From Azolla caroliniana (Eukaryota; Plantae; Polypodiophyta), in the NCBI GenBank assembly GCA_043228905.1, contig JBHGNT010000224.1:1-49672 (forward strand): 49,672 bases of DNA, in the 5' to 3' direction. The number at the start of each line of letters is the position of its first letter. Position 1 is the stretch's first letter. This document shows, one piece after another, positions 33,973 through 48,900 of the stretch. Below the pieces are notes generated by a model. The model was not told the DNA's origin. It searched no databases and saw only the letters and a list, made by a program, of their open reading frames with translations. The translations under genes and the position numbers were made by a program.

Positions 33973-36900
33973 AAATAAAAATGTTCATACCTGGCTCGTG
34001 TGATATCGGATTTCTGTGTTCAAACATGCGAATCGAAGCTAACAACGCTTGCTATGATATGGAATCAAAAAATTAAGATTTTGAAACTCAGGTCGAGAGA
34101 CATGATGAAATTAGCAAATTTGAGACGGGAGTTGACAAGCGCAAGTAGGTAAATGAAAATGTTCATACCTGGCTCGTGTGATATCGGATTTCTGTGTTAA
34201 AACATGCGAATCAAAGCTAACAACGCTTGCTATGATATGGAATTATAAAATTAAGATTTTGAAACTCAGGTCGAGAGACATGAAGAAATTAGAAAATTTG
34301 AGGAGGGAGTTGACAAGAACTAGTAGGTAAATTAAAATGTTCATACCTGGCTCGTGTGATATCGGATTTCTGTGTTCAAACATGCGAATCGAAGCTAACA
34401 ACGCTAGCTCTAATATGGAATTAAAAAATCAAGATTTTGAATCTCAGGTCAGGAGACATGAAGAAATTAGAAAATTTGAGGAGGTAGTGGAGAAGAGCGC
34501 GTTAGTAAATTCAGATGTTCATACCTGGCTCGTGTGATATCGGATTTTTGTGTTCAAACATGCGAATCGAAGCTAACAACGGTAGCTCTAATATAGAATT
34601 AAAAAATCAAGATTTTGAAACTCAGGTCGAGAGACATGAAGAAATTAGAAAATTTGAGTCGGGAGTTGACAAGAGCAAGTAGGTAAATTAAAATGTTCAT
34701 ACCTGGCTTGTGTGATATCGGATTTCTGTGTTCAAACATGCGAATCGAAGCTAACAACGCTTGCTATGATATGGAATCAAAAAATGAAGATTTTTAATCT
34801 GGGGTCGAGAGACATGAAGAAATTAGAAAATTTGAGGACGTAGTGGATTAAAATGTTCATACATGGCTCGTGTGATATCGGATTTTGGTGTTCAAACATG
34901 CGAATCGAAGCTAACAACGCTTGCTATGATATGGAATTAAAAAATCAAGATTTTGAAACTCACGTCGAGAGACATGAAGAAATTAGCAAATTTGAGGCGG
35001 GAGTTGACAAGAGCAAGTAGGTAAATTAAAATGTTCATACCTGGGTCGTGTGATATCGGATTTTTGTGTTGAAACTTGCGAATCGAAGCTAAAAACGCTT
35101 GCTATGATATGGAATTAAAAAATCCATATTTTGAAACTCAAGTCCAGAGACATGACGAAAGTAGCAAATTTGAGGAGGTAGTGGAGAAGAGCGCGTTAGT
35201 AAATTAAAATGTTCATACCTGGCTCGTGTGATATCGGATTTTTGTGTTCAAGCATGCGAATCGAAGCTAACAACGCTTGCTATGATATGGAATTTAAAAA
35301 TCAAGATTTTGAAACTCAAGTCCAGAGACATGACGAAATTAGCAAATTTAAGGAGGTAGTGGAGAGGAGCGCGTTAGTAAATTAAAATGTTCATACCTGG
35401 CTCGTGTGATATCGGATTTTTGTGTTCAAACATGCGAATTGAAGCTAACAAAGCTTGCTATGATATGGAATTCAAAAATCAACATTTTCAAACTCAGGTC
35501 AAGAGACATGAAGAAATTTGCAAATTTGAGGCGGTAGTTGACAAGAGCAAGTAGGTAAATTAAAATGTTCATACCTGGCTCGTGTGATATCGGATTTTTG
35601 TGTTCAAACATGCGAATCAAAGCTAACAACTCTAGCTCTAATATAAAGTTAAAAAATCAAGATTTTGAAACTCAGGTCGAGAGACATGAAGAAATTAGCA
35701 AATTTGAGCCGGGAGTTGACAAGAGGAAGTAGGTATATTAAAATGTTGATACCTGGCTCGTGTGATATCGGATTTTTGTGTTCAAACATGCGAATTGAAG
35801 TTAACAACACTTGCTACGATATGGAATTAAAAAAACAAGATTTTGAAACTCAAGTCCAGAGACATGACGAAATTAGCAAAATTGAGGAGGTAGTGGAGAG
35901 GAGCGCGTTAGTAAATTAAAATGTTCATACCTGGCTCGTGTGATATCGGATTTTTGTGTTCAAACATGCGAATCGAAGCTAACAATGCTTGCTATGATAT
36001 GGAGTTAAAAAATCAACATTTTGAAACTCAGGTCAACAGACATGAAGAAATTAGCAAATTTGAGGCGGGAGTTGACAAGAGCAACTAGGTAAATTAAAAT
36101 GTTCATACCTGGCTCGTGTGATATCGGATTTTTGTGTTCAAACATGGGAATCGAACCTAACAACGCTATCTCTGATATGGAATAAAGAAATCAAGATTTT
36201 GAAACTCAGGTCGAGAGACATGAAGAAATTAGAAAATTTGAGGCGGGAGTTGACAAGAGCAAATAGGTAAATTAAAATGTTCATACCTGGCTCGTGTGAT
36301 ATCGGATTTTTTTGTTCAAACATGCGAATCGAAGGTCACAACGCTTGCTATTATATGGAATTAAAAAATCAAGATTTTGAAACTCTGGTCCAGAGACATG
36401 AAGAAATTAGCAAATTTGAGCCGGGAGTTGACAAGAGGAAGTAGGTATATTAAAATGTTGATACCTGGCTCGTGTGATATCGGATTTTTGTGTTCAAACA
36501 TGCGAATTGAAGCTAACAACACTTGCTACGATATGGAATTAAAAAAACAAGATTTTGAAACTCAAGTCCAGAGACATGACGAAATTAGCAAAATTGAGGA
36601 GGTAGTGGAGAGGAGCGCGTTAGTAAATTAAAATGTTCATACCTGGCTCGTGTGATATCGGATTTTTGTGTTCAAACATGCAAATCGAAGCTAACAATGC
36701 TTGCTATGATATGGAGTTAAAAAATCAACATTTTGAAACTCAGGTCAACAGACATGAAGAAATTAGCAAATTTGAGGCGGGAGTTGACAAGAGCAACTAG
36801 GTAAATTAAAATGTTCATACCTGGCTCGTGTGATATCGGATTTTTGTGTTCAAACATGGGAATCGAACCTAACAACGCTATCTCTGATATGGAATAAAGA

Positions 36901-39900
36901 AATCAAGATTTTGAAACTCAGGTCGAGAGACATGAAGAAATTAGAAAATTTGAGGCGGGAGTTGACAAGAGCAAGTAGGTAAATTAAAATGTTCATACCT
37001 GGCTCGTGTGATATCGGATTTTTTTGTTCAAACATGCGAATCGAAGGTCACAACGCTTGCTATTATATGGAATTAAAAAATCAAGATTTTGAAACTCTGG
37101 TCCAGAGACATGACGAAATTAGCAAATTTGAGGAGGAAGTGGAGAAGAGCGCGTTAATAAATTAAAATGTTCATACCTGGCTCGTGTGATATCGGATTTC
37201 TGTGTTCAAACATGCGAATCGAAGCTAACAACGCTTGCTATGATATGGAATTAAAAAATCAAGATTTTGAAACTCAAGTATAGAGACATGACGAAATTAG
37301 CAAATTTGAGGAGGTAGTGGAGAAGAGCGCGTTAGTAAATTAAAATTTTCATACCTGGCTCGTGTGATATCGGATTTCTGTGTTCAAACATGCGAATCGA
37401 AGCTAACAATGCTTGCTATGATATGGAATTAAAAAATCAAGATTTTGAAACTCAGGTCGAGAGAGATGAAGAAATTAGCAAAATTGAGGCGGGAGTTGAC
37501 AAGAGCAAGTAGGTAAATTAAAATGTTCATACCTGGCTCGTGTGATATCGGATTTCTGAGTTCAAACATGCGAATCGAACCTAACAACGCTAGCTCTGAT
37601 ATGGAATTAAGAAATCAAGATTTTGAAACTCAGGACGAGAGACATGAAGAAATTAGCAAATTTGAGGAGGTAGTGGAGAAGAGCGCGTTAGTAAATTAAA
37701 ATGTTCATACATGGCTCGTATGATATCGGATTTTTGTGTTCAAACATGCAAATCGAAGCTAACAACGCTTTCTATGATATGGATTTAAGAATTCAAGATT
37801 TTGAAACTAAGGTCGAGACACATGAAGAAATTAGAAAATTTGAGGCGGGAGTTGACAAGAGCAAGTAGGTAAATTAAAATGTTCATACTTGGCTCGTGTG
37901 ATATCGGATTTTTGTGTTCAAACATGCGAATCGAAGCTAACAACGCTTGCTATGATATAGAATTAAAAAATCAAGATTTTGAAACTCAAGTATAGAGACA
38001 TGACGAAATTAGCAAATTTGAGGAGGTAGTGGAGAAGAGCGCGTTAGTAAATTAAAATGTTCATACCTGGCTCGTGTGATATCGGATTTTTGTGTTCAAA
38101 CATCTGAATCGAAGCTAACAATGCTTGCTATGATATGGAATTAAAAAATCAAGATTTTCAAACTCAAGTCCAGGGACATGACGAAATTAGCAAATTTGAG
38201 GAGGAAGTGGAGAAGAGCGCGTTAGTAAATAAAAATGTTCATACCTGGCTCGTGTGATATTGGATTTTTGTGTTCAAACATGCGAATCGAAGGTCACAAC
38301 GCTTGCTATTATATGGAATTAAAAAATCAAGATTGTGAAACTCTAGTCCAGAGACATGACGAAATTAGCAAAGTTGAGGAGGAAGTGGAGAAGAGCGCGT
38401 TAGTAAATTAAAATGTTCATACCTGGCTCGTGTGATATCGGATTTCTGTGTTCAAACATGCGAATCGAAGCTAACAACGCTTGCTATGATATGGAATTAA
38501 AAAATCAAGATTTTGAAACTCAAGTATAGAGACATGACGAAATTAGCAAATTTGAGGAGGTAGTGGAGAAGAGCGCGTTAGTAAATTAAAATTTTCATAC
38601 CTGGCTCGTGTGATATCGGATTTTTGTGTTCAAACATGCGAATCGAAGCTAACAATGCTTGCTATGATATGGAATTAAAAAATCAACATTTTGAAACTCA
38701 GGTCAAGAGACATGAAGAAATTAGCAAATTTGAGGCGGGAGGTTACAAGAGCAAGTAGGTAAATTCTAATGTTCATACCTGGCTTGTGTGATATCGGATT
38801 TTTGTGTTCAAACATGCGAATTGAAGCTAACAACGCTTGCTATGATATGGAATTAAAAAATCAAGATTTTAAAACTCAGGTCGACAGAGATGAAGAAATT
38901 AGGAAAATTGAGGCGGGAGTTGACAAGAGCAAGTAGGTAAATTAAAATGTTCATACCTGGTTCGTGTGATATCGGATTTCTGAGTTCAAACATGCGAATC
39001 GAACCTAACAACGCTAGCTCTGAAATGGAATTAAGAAATCAAGATTTTGAAACTCAGGTCGAGAGACATGAAGAAATTAGCAAATTTGAGGAGGTAGTGG
39101 AGGAGAGCGCGTTAGTAAATTAAAATGTTCATACCTGGCTTGTATGATATCGGATTTTTCTGTTCAAACATGCAAATCGAAGCTAACAACGCTTTCTATG
39201 ATATGGATTTAAGAAATCAAGATTTTCAATCTCAGGTCGAGAGACATGAAGAAATTACAAAGTTTGAGGACGTAGTGGAGAAGAGCGCGTTAGTAAATTA
39301 AAATGTTCATACATGGCGCGTGTGATATCGGATTTTGGTGTTCCAAAATGCGAATCGAAGCTCACAATGCTTGCTATGATATGGAATCAAAAAATCAAGA
39401 TTTTGAAACTCAGGTCGAGAGACATGAAGAAATTAGCAAATTTGAGGCGGGAGTTGACAAGAGCAAGTAGGTAAATAAAAATGTTCATACCTGGCTCGTG
39501 TGATATCGGATTTCTGAGTTTAAACATGCGAAACGAACATAACAACGCTAGCTCTAATATGGAATTAAGAAATCAAGATTTTCAATCTCAGGTCGAGAGA
39601 CATGAAGAAATTAGAAAATTTGAGGACGTAGTGGAGAAGAGCCCGTTAGTAAATTAAAATGTTCATACATGGCTCGTGTGATATCGGATTTTGGTGTTCG
39701 AACATGCGAATCGAAGCTAACAACGCTTGCTATGATATGGAATTAAAAAATCAAAATATTGAAACTCAGGTCGAGAGACATGAAGAAATTAGCAAATTTG
39801 AGGAGGTAGTGGAGAAGAGCGCGTTAGTAAATTAAAATGTTCATACCTGGCTCGTATGATATCGGATTTCTGTGTTCAAACATGCGAATCGAAGCTAACA

Positions 39901-42900
39901 ACGCTAGCAATGATATGGAATTAAAAAATCAATATTTTGAAACTCAGGTCGAGAGACATGAAGAAATTAGCAAATTTGAGGAGGAAGTGGAGAAGAGCGC
40001 GTTAGTAAATTAAAATGTTCATACCTGGCTCGTGTGATATCGGATTTTCGTGTTCAAACATGCGAATCGAAGCTAATAACGCTTGCTATGATATGGAATC
40101 AAAAAATCAAGATTTTCAATCTCAGGTCGAGAGACATGAAGAAATTACAAAGTTTGAGGACGTAGTGGAGAAGAGCGCGTTAGTCAATTAAAATGTTCAT
40201 ACATGGCGCGTGTGATATCGGATGTTGGTGTTCCAAAATGCGAATCGAAGCTCACAATGCTTGCTATGATATGGAATCTAAAAATCAAGATTTTGAAACT
40301 CAGGTCGAGAGACATGAAGAAATTAGCAAATTTGAGGCGGGAGTTGACAAGAGCAAGTAGGTAAATAAAAATATTCATACCTGGCTCGTGTGATATCGGA
40401 TTTCTGAGTTTAAACATGCGAATCGAACATAACAACGCTAGCCCTAATATGGAATTAAGAAATCAAGATTTTCAATCTCAGGTCGAGAGACATGAAGAAA
40501 TTAGAAAATTTGAGGACGTAGTGGAGAAGAGCCCGTTAGTAAATTAAAATGTTCATACATGGCTCGTGTGATATCGGATTTTGGTGTTCGAACATGCGAA
40601 TCGAAGCTAACAACGCTTGCTATGATATGGAATTAAAAAATCAAAATATTGAAACTCAGGTCGAGAGACATGAAGAAATTAGCAAATTTGAGGAGGTAGT
40701 GGAGAAGAGCGCGTTAGTAAATTAAAATGTTCATACCTGGCTCGTATGATATCGGATTTCTGTGTTCAAACATGCGAATCGAAGCTAACAACACTAGCAA
40801 TGATATGGAATTAAAAACTCAATATTTTGAAACTCAGGTCGAGAGACATGAAGAAATTAGCAAATTTGAGGAGGAAGTGGAGAAGAGCGTGTTAGTAAAT
40901 TAAAATGTTCATACCTGGCTCGTGTGATATCGGATTTTCGTGTTCAAACATGCGAATCGAAGCTAATAACGCTTGCTATGATATGGAATCAAAAAATCAA
41001 GATTTTCAATCTCAGGTCGAGAGACATGAAGAAATTACAAAGTTTGAGGACGTAGTGGAGAAGAGCGCGTTAGTAAATTAAAATGTTCATACATGGCGCG
41101 TGTGGTATCGGATGTTGGTGTTCCAAAATGCGAATCGAAGCTCACAATGCTTGCTATGATATGGAATCAAAAAATCAAGATTTTGAAACTCAGGTCGAGA
41201 GACATGAAGAAATTAGCAAATTTGAGGCGGGAGTTGACAAGAGCAAGTAGGTAAATAAAAATATTCATACCTGGCTCGTGTGATATCGGATTTCTGAGTT
41301 TAAACATGCGAATCGAACATAACAACGCTAGCTCTAATATGGAATTAAGAAATCAAGATTTTCAATCTCAGGTCGAGAGACATGAAGAAATTAGAAAATT
41401 TGAGGACGTAGTGGAGAAGAGCCCGTTAGTAAATTAAAATGTTCATACATGGCTCGTGTGATATCGGATTTTGGTGTTCGAACATGCGAATCGAAGCTAA
41501 CAACGCTTGCTATGATATGGAATTAGAAAATCAAAATATTGAAACTCAGGTCGAGAGACATGAAGAAATTAGCAAATTTGAGGAGGTAGTGGAGAAGAGC
41601 GCGTTAGTAAATTGAAATGTTCATACCTGGCTCGTATGATATCGGATTTTCGTGTTCAAACATGCGAATCGAAGCTAATAACGCTTGCTATGATATGGAA
41701 TCAAAAAATCAAGATTTTCAATCTCAGGTCGAGAGACATGAAGAAATTACAAAGTTTGAGGACGTAGTGGAGAAGAGCGCGTTAGTAAATTAAAATGTTC
41801 ATACATGGCGCGTGTGATATCGGATTTTGGTGTTCCAAAATGCGAATCGAAGCTCACAATGCTTGCTATGATATGGAATCAAAAAATCAAGATTTTGAAA
41901 CTCAGGTCGAGAGACATGAAGAAATTAGCAAATTTGAGGACGTAGTGGAGAAGAGCGCGTTAGTCAATTAAAATGTTCATACATGGCGCGTGTGATATCG
42001 GATTTTGGTGTTCCAAAATGCGAATCGAAGCTCACAATGCTTGTTATGATATGGAATCAAAAAATCAAGATTTTGAAACTCAGGTCGAGAGACATGAAGA
42101 AATTAGCAAATTTGAGGCGGGAGTTGACAAGAGCAAGTAGGTAAATAAAAATGTTCATACCTGGCTCGTGTGATATCGGATTTCTGAGTTTAAACATGCG
42201 AATCGAACATAACAACGCTAGCTCTAATATGGAATTAAGAAATCAAGATTTTCAATCTCAGGTCGAGAGACATGAAGAAATTAGAAAATTTGAGGACGTA
42301 GTGGAGAAAAGCCCGTTCGTAAATTAAAATGTTCATACATGGCTCGTGTGATATCGGATTTTGGTGTTCGAACATGCGAATCGAAGCTAACAACGCTTGC
42401 TATGATATGGAATAAAAAAATCAAGATTTTGAAACTCAGGTCGAGAGACATGAAGAAATTAGCAAATTTGAGACGGGAGTTGACAAGAGCAAGTAGGTAA
42501 ATTAAAATTTTCATACCTGGCTCGTGTGATATCGGATTTTGTGTTCAAACATGCGAATTGAAGCTAACAACGCTTGCTATGATATGGATTTAAGAATTCA
42601 AGATTTTGAAACTAAGGTCGAGACACATGAAGAAATTAGAAAATTTGAGGCGGGAGTTGACAAGAGCAAGTAGGTAAATTAAAATGTTCATACTTGGCTC
42701 GTGTGATATCGGATTTTTGTGTTCAAACATGCGAATCGAAGCTAACAACGCTTGCTATGATATAGAATTAAAAAATCAAGATTTTGAAACTCAAGTATAG
42801 AGACATGACGAAATTAGCAAATTTGAGGAGGTAGTGGAGAAGAGCGCGTTAGTAAATTAAAATGTTCATACCTGGCTCGTGTGATATCGGATTTTTGTGT

Positions 42901-45900
42901 TCAAACATCTGAATCGAAGCTAACAATGCTTGCTATGATATGGAATTAAAAAATCAAGATTTTCAAACTCAAGTCCAGGGACATGACGAAATTAGCAAAT
43001 TTGAGGAGGAAGTGGAGAAGAGCGCGTTAGTAAATAAAAATGTTCATACCTGGCTCGTGTGATATTGGATTTTTGTGTTCAAACATGCGAATCGAAGGTC
43101 ACAACGCTTGCTATTATATGGAATTAAAAAATCAAGATTGTGAAACTCTAGTCCAGAGACATGACGAAATTAGCAAAGTTGAGGAGGAAGTGGAGAAGAG
43201 CGCGTTAGTAAATTAAAATGTTCATACCTGGCTCGTGTGATATCGGATTTCTGTGTTCAAACATGCGAATCGAAGCTAACAACGCTTGCTATGATATGGA
43301 ATTAAAAAATCAAGATTTTGAAACTCAAGTATAGAGACATGACGAAATTAGCAAATTTGAGGAGGTAGTGGAGAAGAGCGCGTTAGTAAATTAAAATTTT
43401 CATACCTGGCTCGTGTGATATCGGATTTTTGTGTTCAAACATGCGAATCGAAGCTAACAATGCTTGCTATGATATGGAATTAAAAAATCAACATTTTGAA
43501 ACTCAGGTCAAGAGACATGAAGAAATTAGCAAATTTGAGGCGGGAGGTTACAAGAGCAAGTAGGTAAATTCTAATGTTCATACCTGGCTTGTGTGATATC
43601 GGATTTTTGTGTTCAAACATGCGAATTGAAGCTAACAACGCTTGCTATGATATGGAATTAAAAAATCAAGATTTTAAAACTCAGGTCGACAGAGATGAAG
43701 AAATTAGGAAAATTGAGGCGGGAGTTGACAAGAGCAAGTAGGTAAATTAAAATGTTCATACCTGGTTCGTGTGATATCGGATTTCTGAGTTCAAACATGC
43801 GAATCGAACCTAACAACGCTAGCTCTGAAATGGAATTAAGAAATCAAGATTTTGAAACTCAGGTCGAGAGACATGAAGAAATTAGCAAATTTGAGGAGGT
43901 AGTGGAGGAGAGCGCGTTAGTAAATTAAAATGTTCATACCTGGCTTGTATGATATCGGATTTTTCTGTTCAAACATGCAAATCGAAGCTAACAACGCTTT
44001 CTATGATATGGATTTAAGAAATCAAGATTTTCAATCTCAGGTCGAGAGACATGAAGAAATTACAAAGTTTGAGGACGTAGTGGAGAAGAGCGCGTTAGTA
44101 AATTAAAATGTTCATACATGGCGCGTGTGATATCGGATTTTGGTGTTCCAAAATGCGAATCGAAGCTCACAATGCTTGCTATGATATGGAATCAAAAAAT
44201 CAAGATTTTGAAACTCAGGTCGAGAGACATGAAGAAATTAGCAAATTTGAGGCGGGAGTTGACAAGAGCAAGTAGGTAAATAAAAATGTTCATACCTGGC
44301 TCGTGTGATATCGGATTTCTGAGTTTAAACATGCGAAACGAACATAACAACGCTAGCTCTAATATGGAATTAAGAAATCAAGATTTTCAATCTCAGGTCG
44401 AGAGACATGAAGAAATTAGAAAATTTGAGGACGTAGTGGAGAAGAGCCCGTTAGTAAATTAAAATGTTCATACATGGCTCGTGTGATATCGGATTTTGGT
44501 GTTCGAACATGCGAATCGAAGCTAACAACGCTTGCTATGATATGGAATTAAAAAATCAAAATATTGAAACTCAGGTCGAGAGACATGAAGAAATTAGCAA
44601 ATTTGAGGAGGTAGTGGAGAAGAGCGCGTTAGTAAATTAAAATGTTCATACCTGGCTCGTATGATATCGGATTTCTGTGTTCAAACATGCGAATCGAAGC
44701 TAACAACGCTAGCAATGATATGGAATTAAAAAATCAATATTTTGAAACTCAGGTCGAGAGACATGAAGAAATTAGCAAATTTGAGGAGGAAGTGGAGAAG
44801 AGCGCGTTAGTAAATTAAAATGTTCATACCTGGCTCGTGTGATATCGGATTTTCGTGTTCAAACATGCGAATCGAAGCTAATAACGCTTGCTATGATATG
44901 GAATCAAAAAATCAAGATTTTCAATCTCAGGTCGAGAGACATGAAGAAATTACAAAGTTTGAGGACGTAGTGGAGAAGAGCGCGTTAGTCAATTAAAATG
45001 TTCATACATGGCGCGTGTGATATCGGATGTTGGTGTTCCAAAATGCGAATCGAAGCTCACAATGCTTGCTATGATATGGAATCTAAAAATCAAGATTTTG
45101 AAACTCAGGTCGAGAGACATGAAGAAATTAGCAAATTTGAGGCGGGAGTTGACAAGAGCAAGTAGGTAAATAAAAATATTCATACCTGGCTCGTGTGATA
45201 TCGGATTTCTGAGTTTAAACATGCGAATCGAACATAACAACGCTAGCCCTAATATGGAATTAAGAAATCAAGATTTTCAATCTCAGGTCGAGAGACATGA
45301 AGAAATTAGAAAATTTGAGGACGTAGTGGAGAAGAGCCCGTTAGTAAATTAAAATGTTCATACATGGCTCGTGTGATATCGGATTTTGGTGTTCGAACAT
45401 GCGAATCGAAGCTAACAACGCTTGCTATGATATGGAATTAAAAAATCAAAATATTGAAACTCAGGTCGAGAGACATGAAGAAATTAGCAAATTTGAGGAG
45501 GTAGTGGAGAAGAGCGCGTTAGTAAATTAAAATGTTCATACCTGGCTCGTATGATATCGGATTTCTGTGTTCAAACATGCGAATCGAAGCTAACAACACT
45601 AGCAATGATATGGAATTAAAAACTCAATATTTTGAAACTCAGGTCGAGAGACATGAAGAAATTAGCAAATTTGAGGAGGAAGTGGAGAAGAGCGTGTTAG
45701 TAAATTAAAATGTTCATACCTGGCTCGTGTGATATCGGATTTTCGTGTTCAAACATGCGAATCGAAGCTAATAACGCTTGCTATGATATGGAATCAAAAA
45801 ATCAAGATTTTCAATCTCAGGTCGAGAGACATGAAGAAATTACAAAGTTTGAGGACGTAGTGGAGAAGAGCGCGTTAGTAAATTAAAATGTTCATACATG

Positions 45901-48900
45901 GCGCGTGTGGTATCGGATGTTGGTGTTCCAAAATGCGAATCGAAGCTCACAATGCTTGCTATGATATGGAATCAAAAAATCAAGATTTTGAAACTCAGGT
46001 CGAGAGACATGAAGAAATTAGCAAATTTGAGGCGGGAGTTGACAAGAGCAAGTAGGTAAATAAAAATATTCATACCTGGCTCGTGTGATATCGGATTTCT
46101 GAGTTTAAACATGCGAATCGAACATAACAACGCTAGCTCTAATATGGAATTAAGAAATCAAGATTTTCAATCTCAGGTCGAGAGACATGAAGAAATTAGA
46201 AAATTTGAGGACGTAGTGGAGAAGAGCCCGTTAGTAAATTAAAATGTTCATACATGGCTCGTGTGATATCGGATTTTGGTGTTCGAACATGCGAATCGAA
46301 GCTAACAACGCTTGCTATGATATGGAATTAGAAAATCAAAATATTGAAACTCAGGTCGAGAGACATGAAGAAATTAGCAAATTTGAGGAGGTAGTGGAGA
46401 AGAGCGCGTTAGTAAATTGAAATGTTCATACCTGGCTCGTATGATATCGGATTTTCGTGTTCAAACATGCGAATCGAAGCTAATAACGCTTGCTATGATA
46501 TGGAATCAAAAAATCAAGATTTTCAATCTCAGGTCGAGAGACATGAAGAAATTACAAAGTTTGAGGACGTAGTGGAGAAGAGCGCGTTAGTAAATTAAAA
46601 TGTTCATACATGGCGCGTGTGATATCGGATTTTGGTGTTCCAAAATGCGAATCGAAGCTCACAATGCTTGCTATGATATGGAATCAAAAAATCAAGATTT
46701 TGAAACTCAGGTCGAGAGACATGAAGAAATTAGCAAATTTGAGGACGTAGTGGAGAAGAGCGCGTTAGTCAATTAAAATGTTCATACATGGCGCGTGTGA
46801 TATCGGATTTTGGTGTTCCAAAATGCGAATCGAAGCTCACAATGCTTGTTATGATATGGAATCAAAAAATCAAGATTTTGAAACTCAGGTCGAGAGACAT
46901 GAAGAAATTAGCAAATTTGAGGCGGGAGTTGACAAGAGCAAGTAGGTAAATAAAAATGTTCATACCTGGCTCGTGTGATATCGGATTTCTGAGTTTAAAC
47001 ATGCGAATCGAACATAACAACGCTAGCTCTAATATGGAATTAAGAAATCAAGATTTTCAATCTCAGGTCGAGAGACATGAAGAAATTAGAAAATTTGAGG
47101 ACGTAGTGGAGAAAAGCCCGTTCGTAAATTAAAATGTTCATACATGGCTCGTGTGATATCGGATTTTGGTGTTCGAACATGCGAATCGAAGCTAACAACG
47201 CTTGCTATGATATGGAATAAAAAAATCAAGATTTTGAAACTCAGGTCGAGAGACATGAAGAAATTAGCAAATTTGAGACGGGAGTTGACAAGAGCAAGTA
47301 GGTAAATTAAAATTTTCATACCTGGCTCGTGTGATATCGGATTTTGTGTTCAAACATGCGAATTGAAGCTAACAACGCTTGCTATGATATGGAATTAAAA
47401 AATCAAAATATTGAAACTCAGGTCGAGAGACATGAAGAAATTAGCAAATTTGAGGAGGTAGTGGAGAAGAGCGCGTTAGTAAATTAAAATGTTCATACCT
47501 GGCTCGTATGATATCGGATTTCTGTGTTCAAACATGCGAATCGAAGCTAACAACGCTAGCAATGATATGGAATTAAAAAATCAATATTTTGAAACTCAGG
47601 TCGAGAGACATGAAGAAATTAGCAAATTTGAGGAGGAAGTGGAGAAGAGCGCGTTAGTAAATTAAAATGTTCATACCTGGCTCGTGTGATATCGGATTTT
47701 CGTGTTCAAACATGCGAATCGAAGCTAATAACGCTTGCTATGATATGGAATCAAAAAATCAAGATTTTCAATCTCAGGTCGAGAGACATGAAGAAATTAC
47801 AAAGTTTGAGGACGTAGTGGAGAAGAGCGCGTTAGTAAATTAAAATGTTCATACATGGCGCGTGTGATATCGGATGTTGGTGTTCCAAAATGCGAATCGA
47901 AGCTCACAATGCTTGCTATGATATGGAATCAAAAAATCAAGATTTTGAAACTCAGGTCGAGAGACATGAAGAAATTAGCAAATTTGAGGCGGGAGTTGAC
48001 AAGAGCAAGTAGGTAAATAAAAATATTCATACCTGGCTCGTGTGATATCGGATTTCTGAGTTTAAACATGCGAATCGAACATAACAACGCTAGCTCTAAT
48101 ATGGAATTAAGAAATCAAGATTTTCAATCTCAGGTCGAGAGACATGAAGAAATTAGAAAATTTGAGGACGTAGTGGAGAAGAGCCCGTTAGTAAATTAAA
48201 ATGTTCGTACATGGCTCGTGTGATATCGGATTTTGGTGTTCGAACATGCGAATCGAAGCTAACAACGCTTGCTATGATATGGAATTAGAAAATCAAAATA
48301 TTGAAACTCAGGTCGAGAGACATGAAGAAATTAGCAAATTTGAGGAGGTAGTGGAGAAGAGCGCGTTAGTAAATTAAAATGTTCATACCTGGCTCGTATG
48401 ATATCGGATTTTCGTGTTCAAACATGCGAATCGAAGCTAATAACGCTTGCTATGATATGGAATCAAAAAATCAAGATTTTCAATCTCAGGTCGAGAGACA
48501 TGAAGAAATTACAAAGTTTGAGGACGTAGTGGAGAAGAGCGCGTTAGTAAATTAAAATGTTCATACATGGCGCGTGTGATATCGGATTTTGGTGTTCCTA
48601 AATGCGAATCGAAGCTCACAATGCTTGCTATGATATGGAATCAAAAAATCAAGATTTTGAAACTCAGGTCGAGAGACATGAAGAAATTAGCAAATTTGAG
48701 GACGTAGTGGAGAAGAGCGCGTTAGTCAATTAAAATGTTCATACATGGCGCGTGTGATATCGGATTTTGGTGTTCCAAAATGCGAATCGAAGCTCACAAT
48801 GCTTGTTATGATATGGAATCAAAAAATCAAGATTTTGAAACTCAGGTCGAGAGACATGAAGAAATTAGCAAATTTGAGGCGGGAGTTGACAAGAGCAAGT

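Noticed and set aside
34115-34135. CENP-B-box-like ...A..CGGGA in domain C monomers
   Set aside because: The required TTCG core is absent at the correct spacing (CAAA instead).
36146-36158. Perfect B box GGTTCGATTCCC on the minus strand of some satellite monomers
   Set aside because: It is a minority variant of GCTTCGATTCGC with no A box at suitable spacing; likely chance.
16126-47319. Dozens of similar 60-120 aa ORFs (MKMFIDGSCDIGFW..., MFEHKNPISHEP...)
   Set aside because: They are translations of the 178-bp satellite; the period is not a multiple of 3 and stops recur. Not a gene family.
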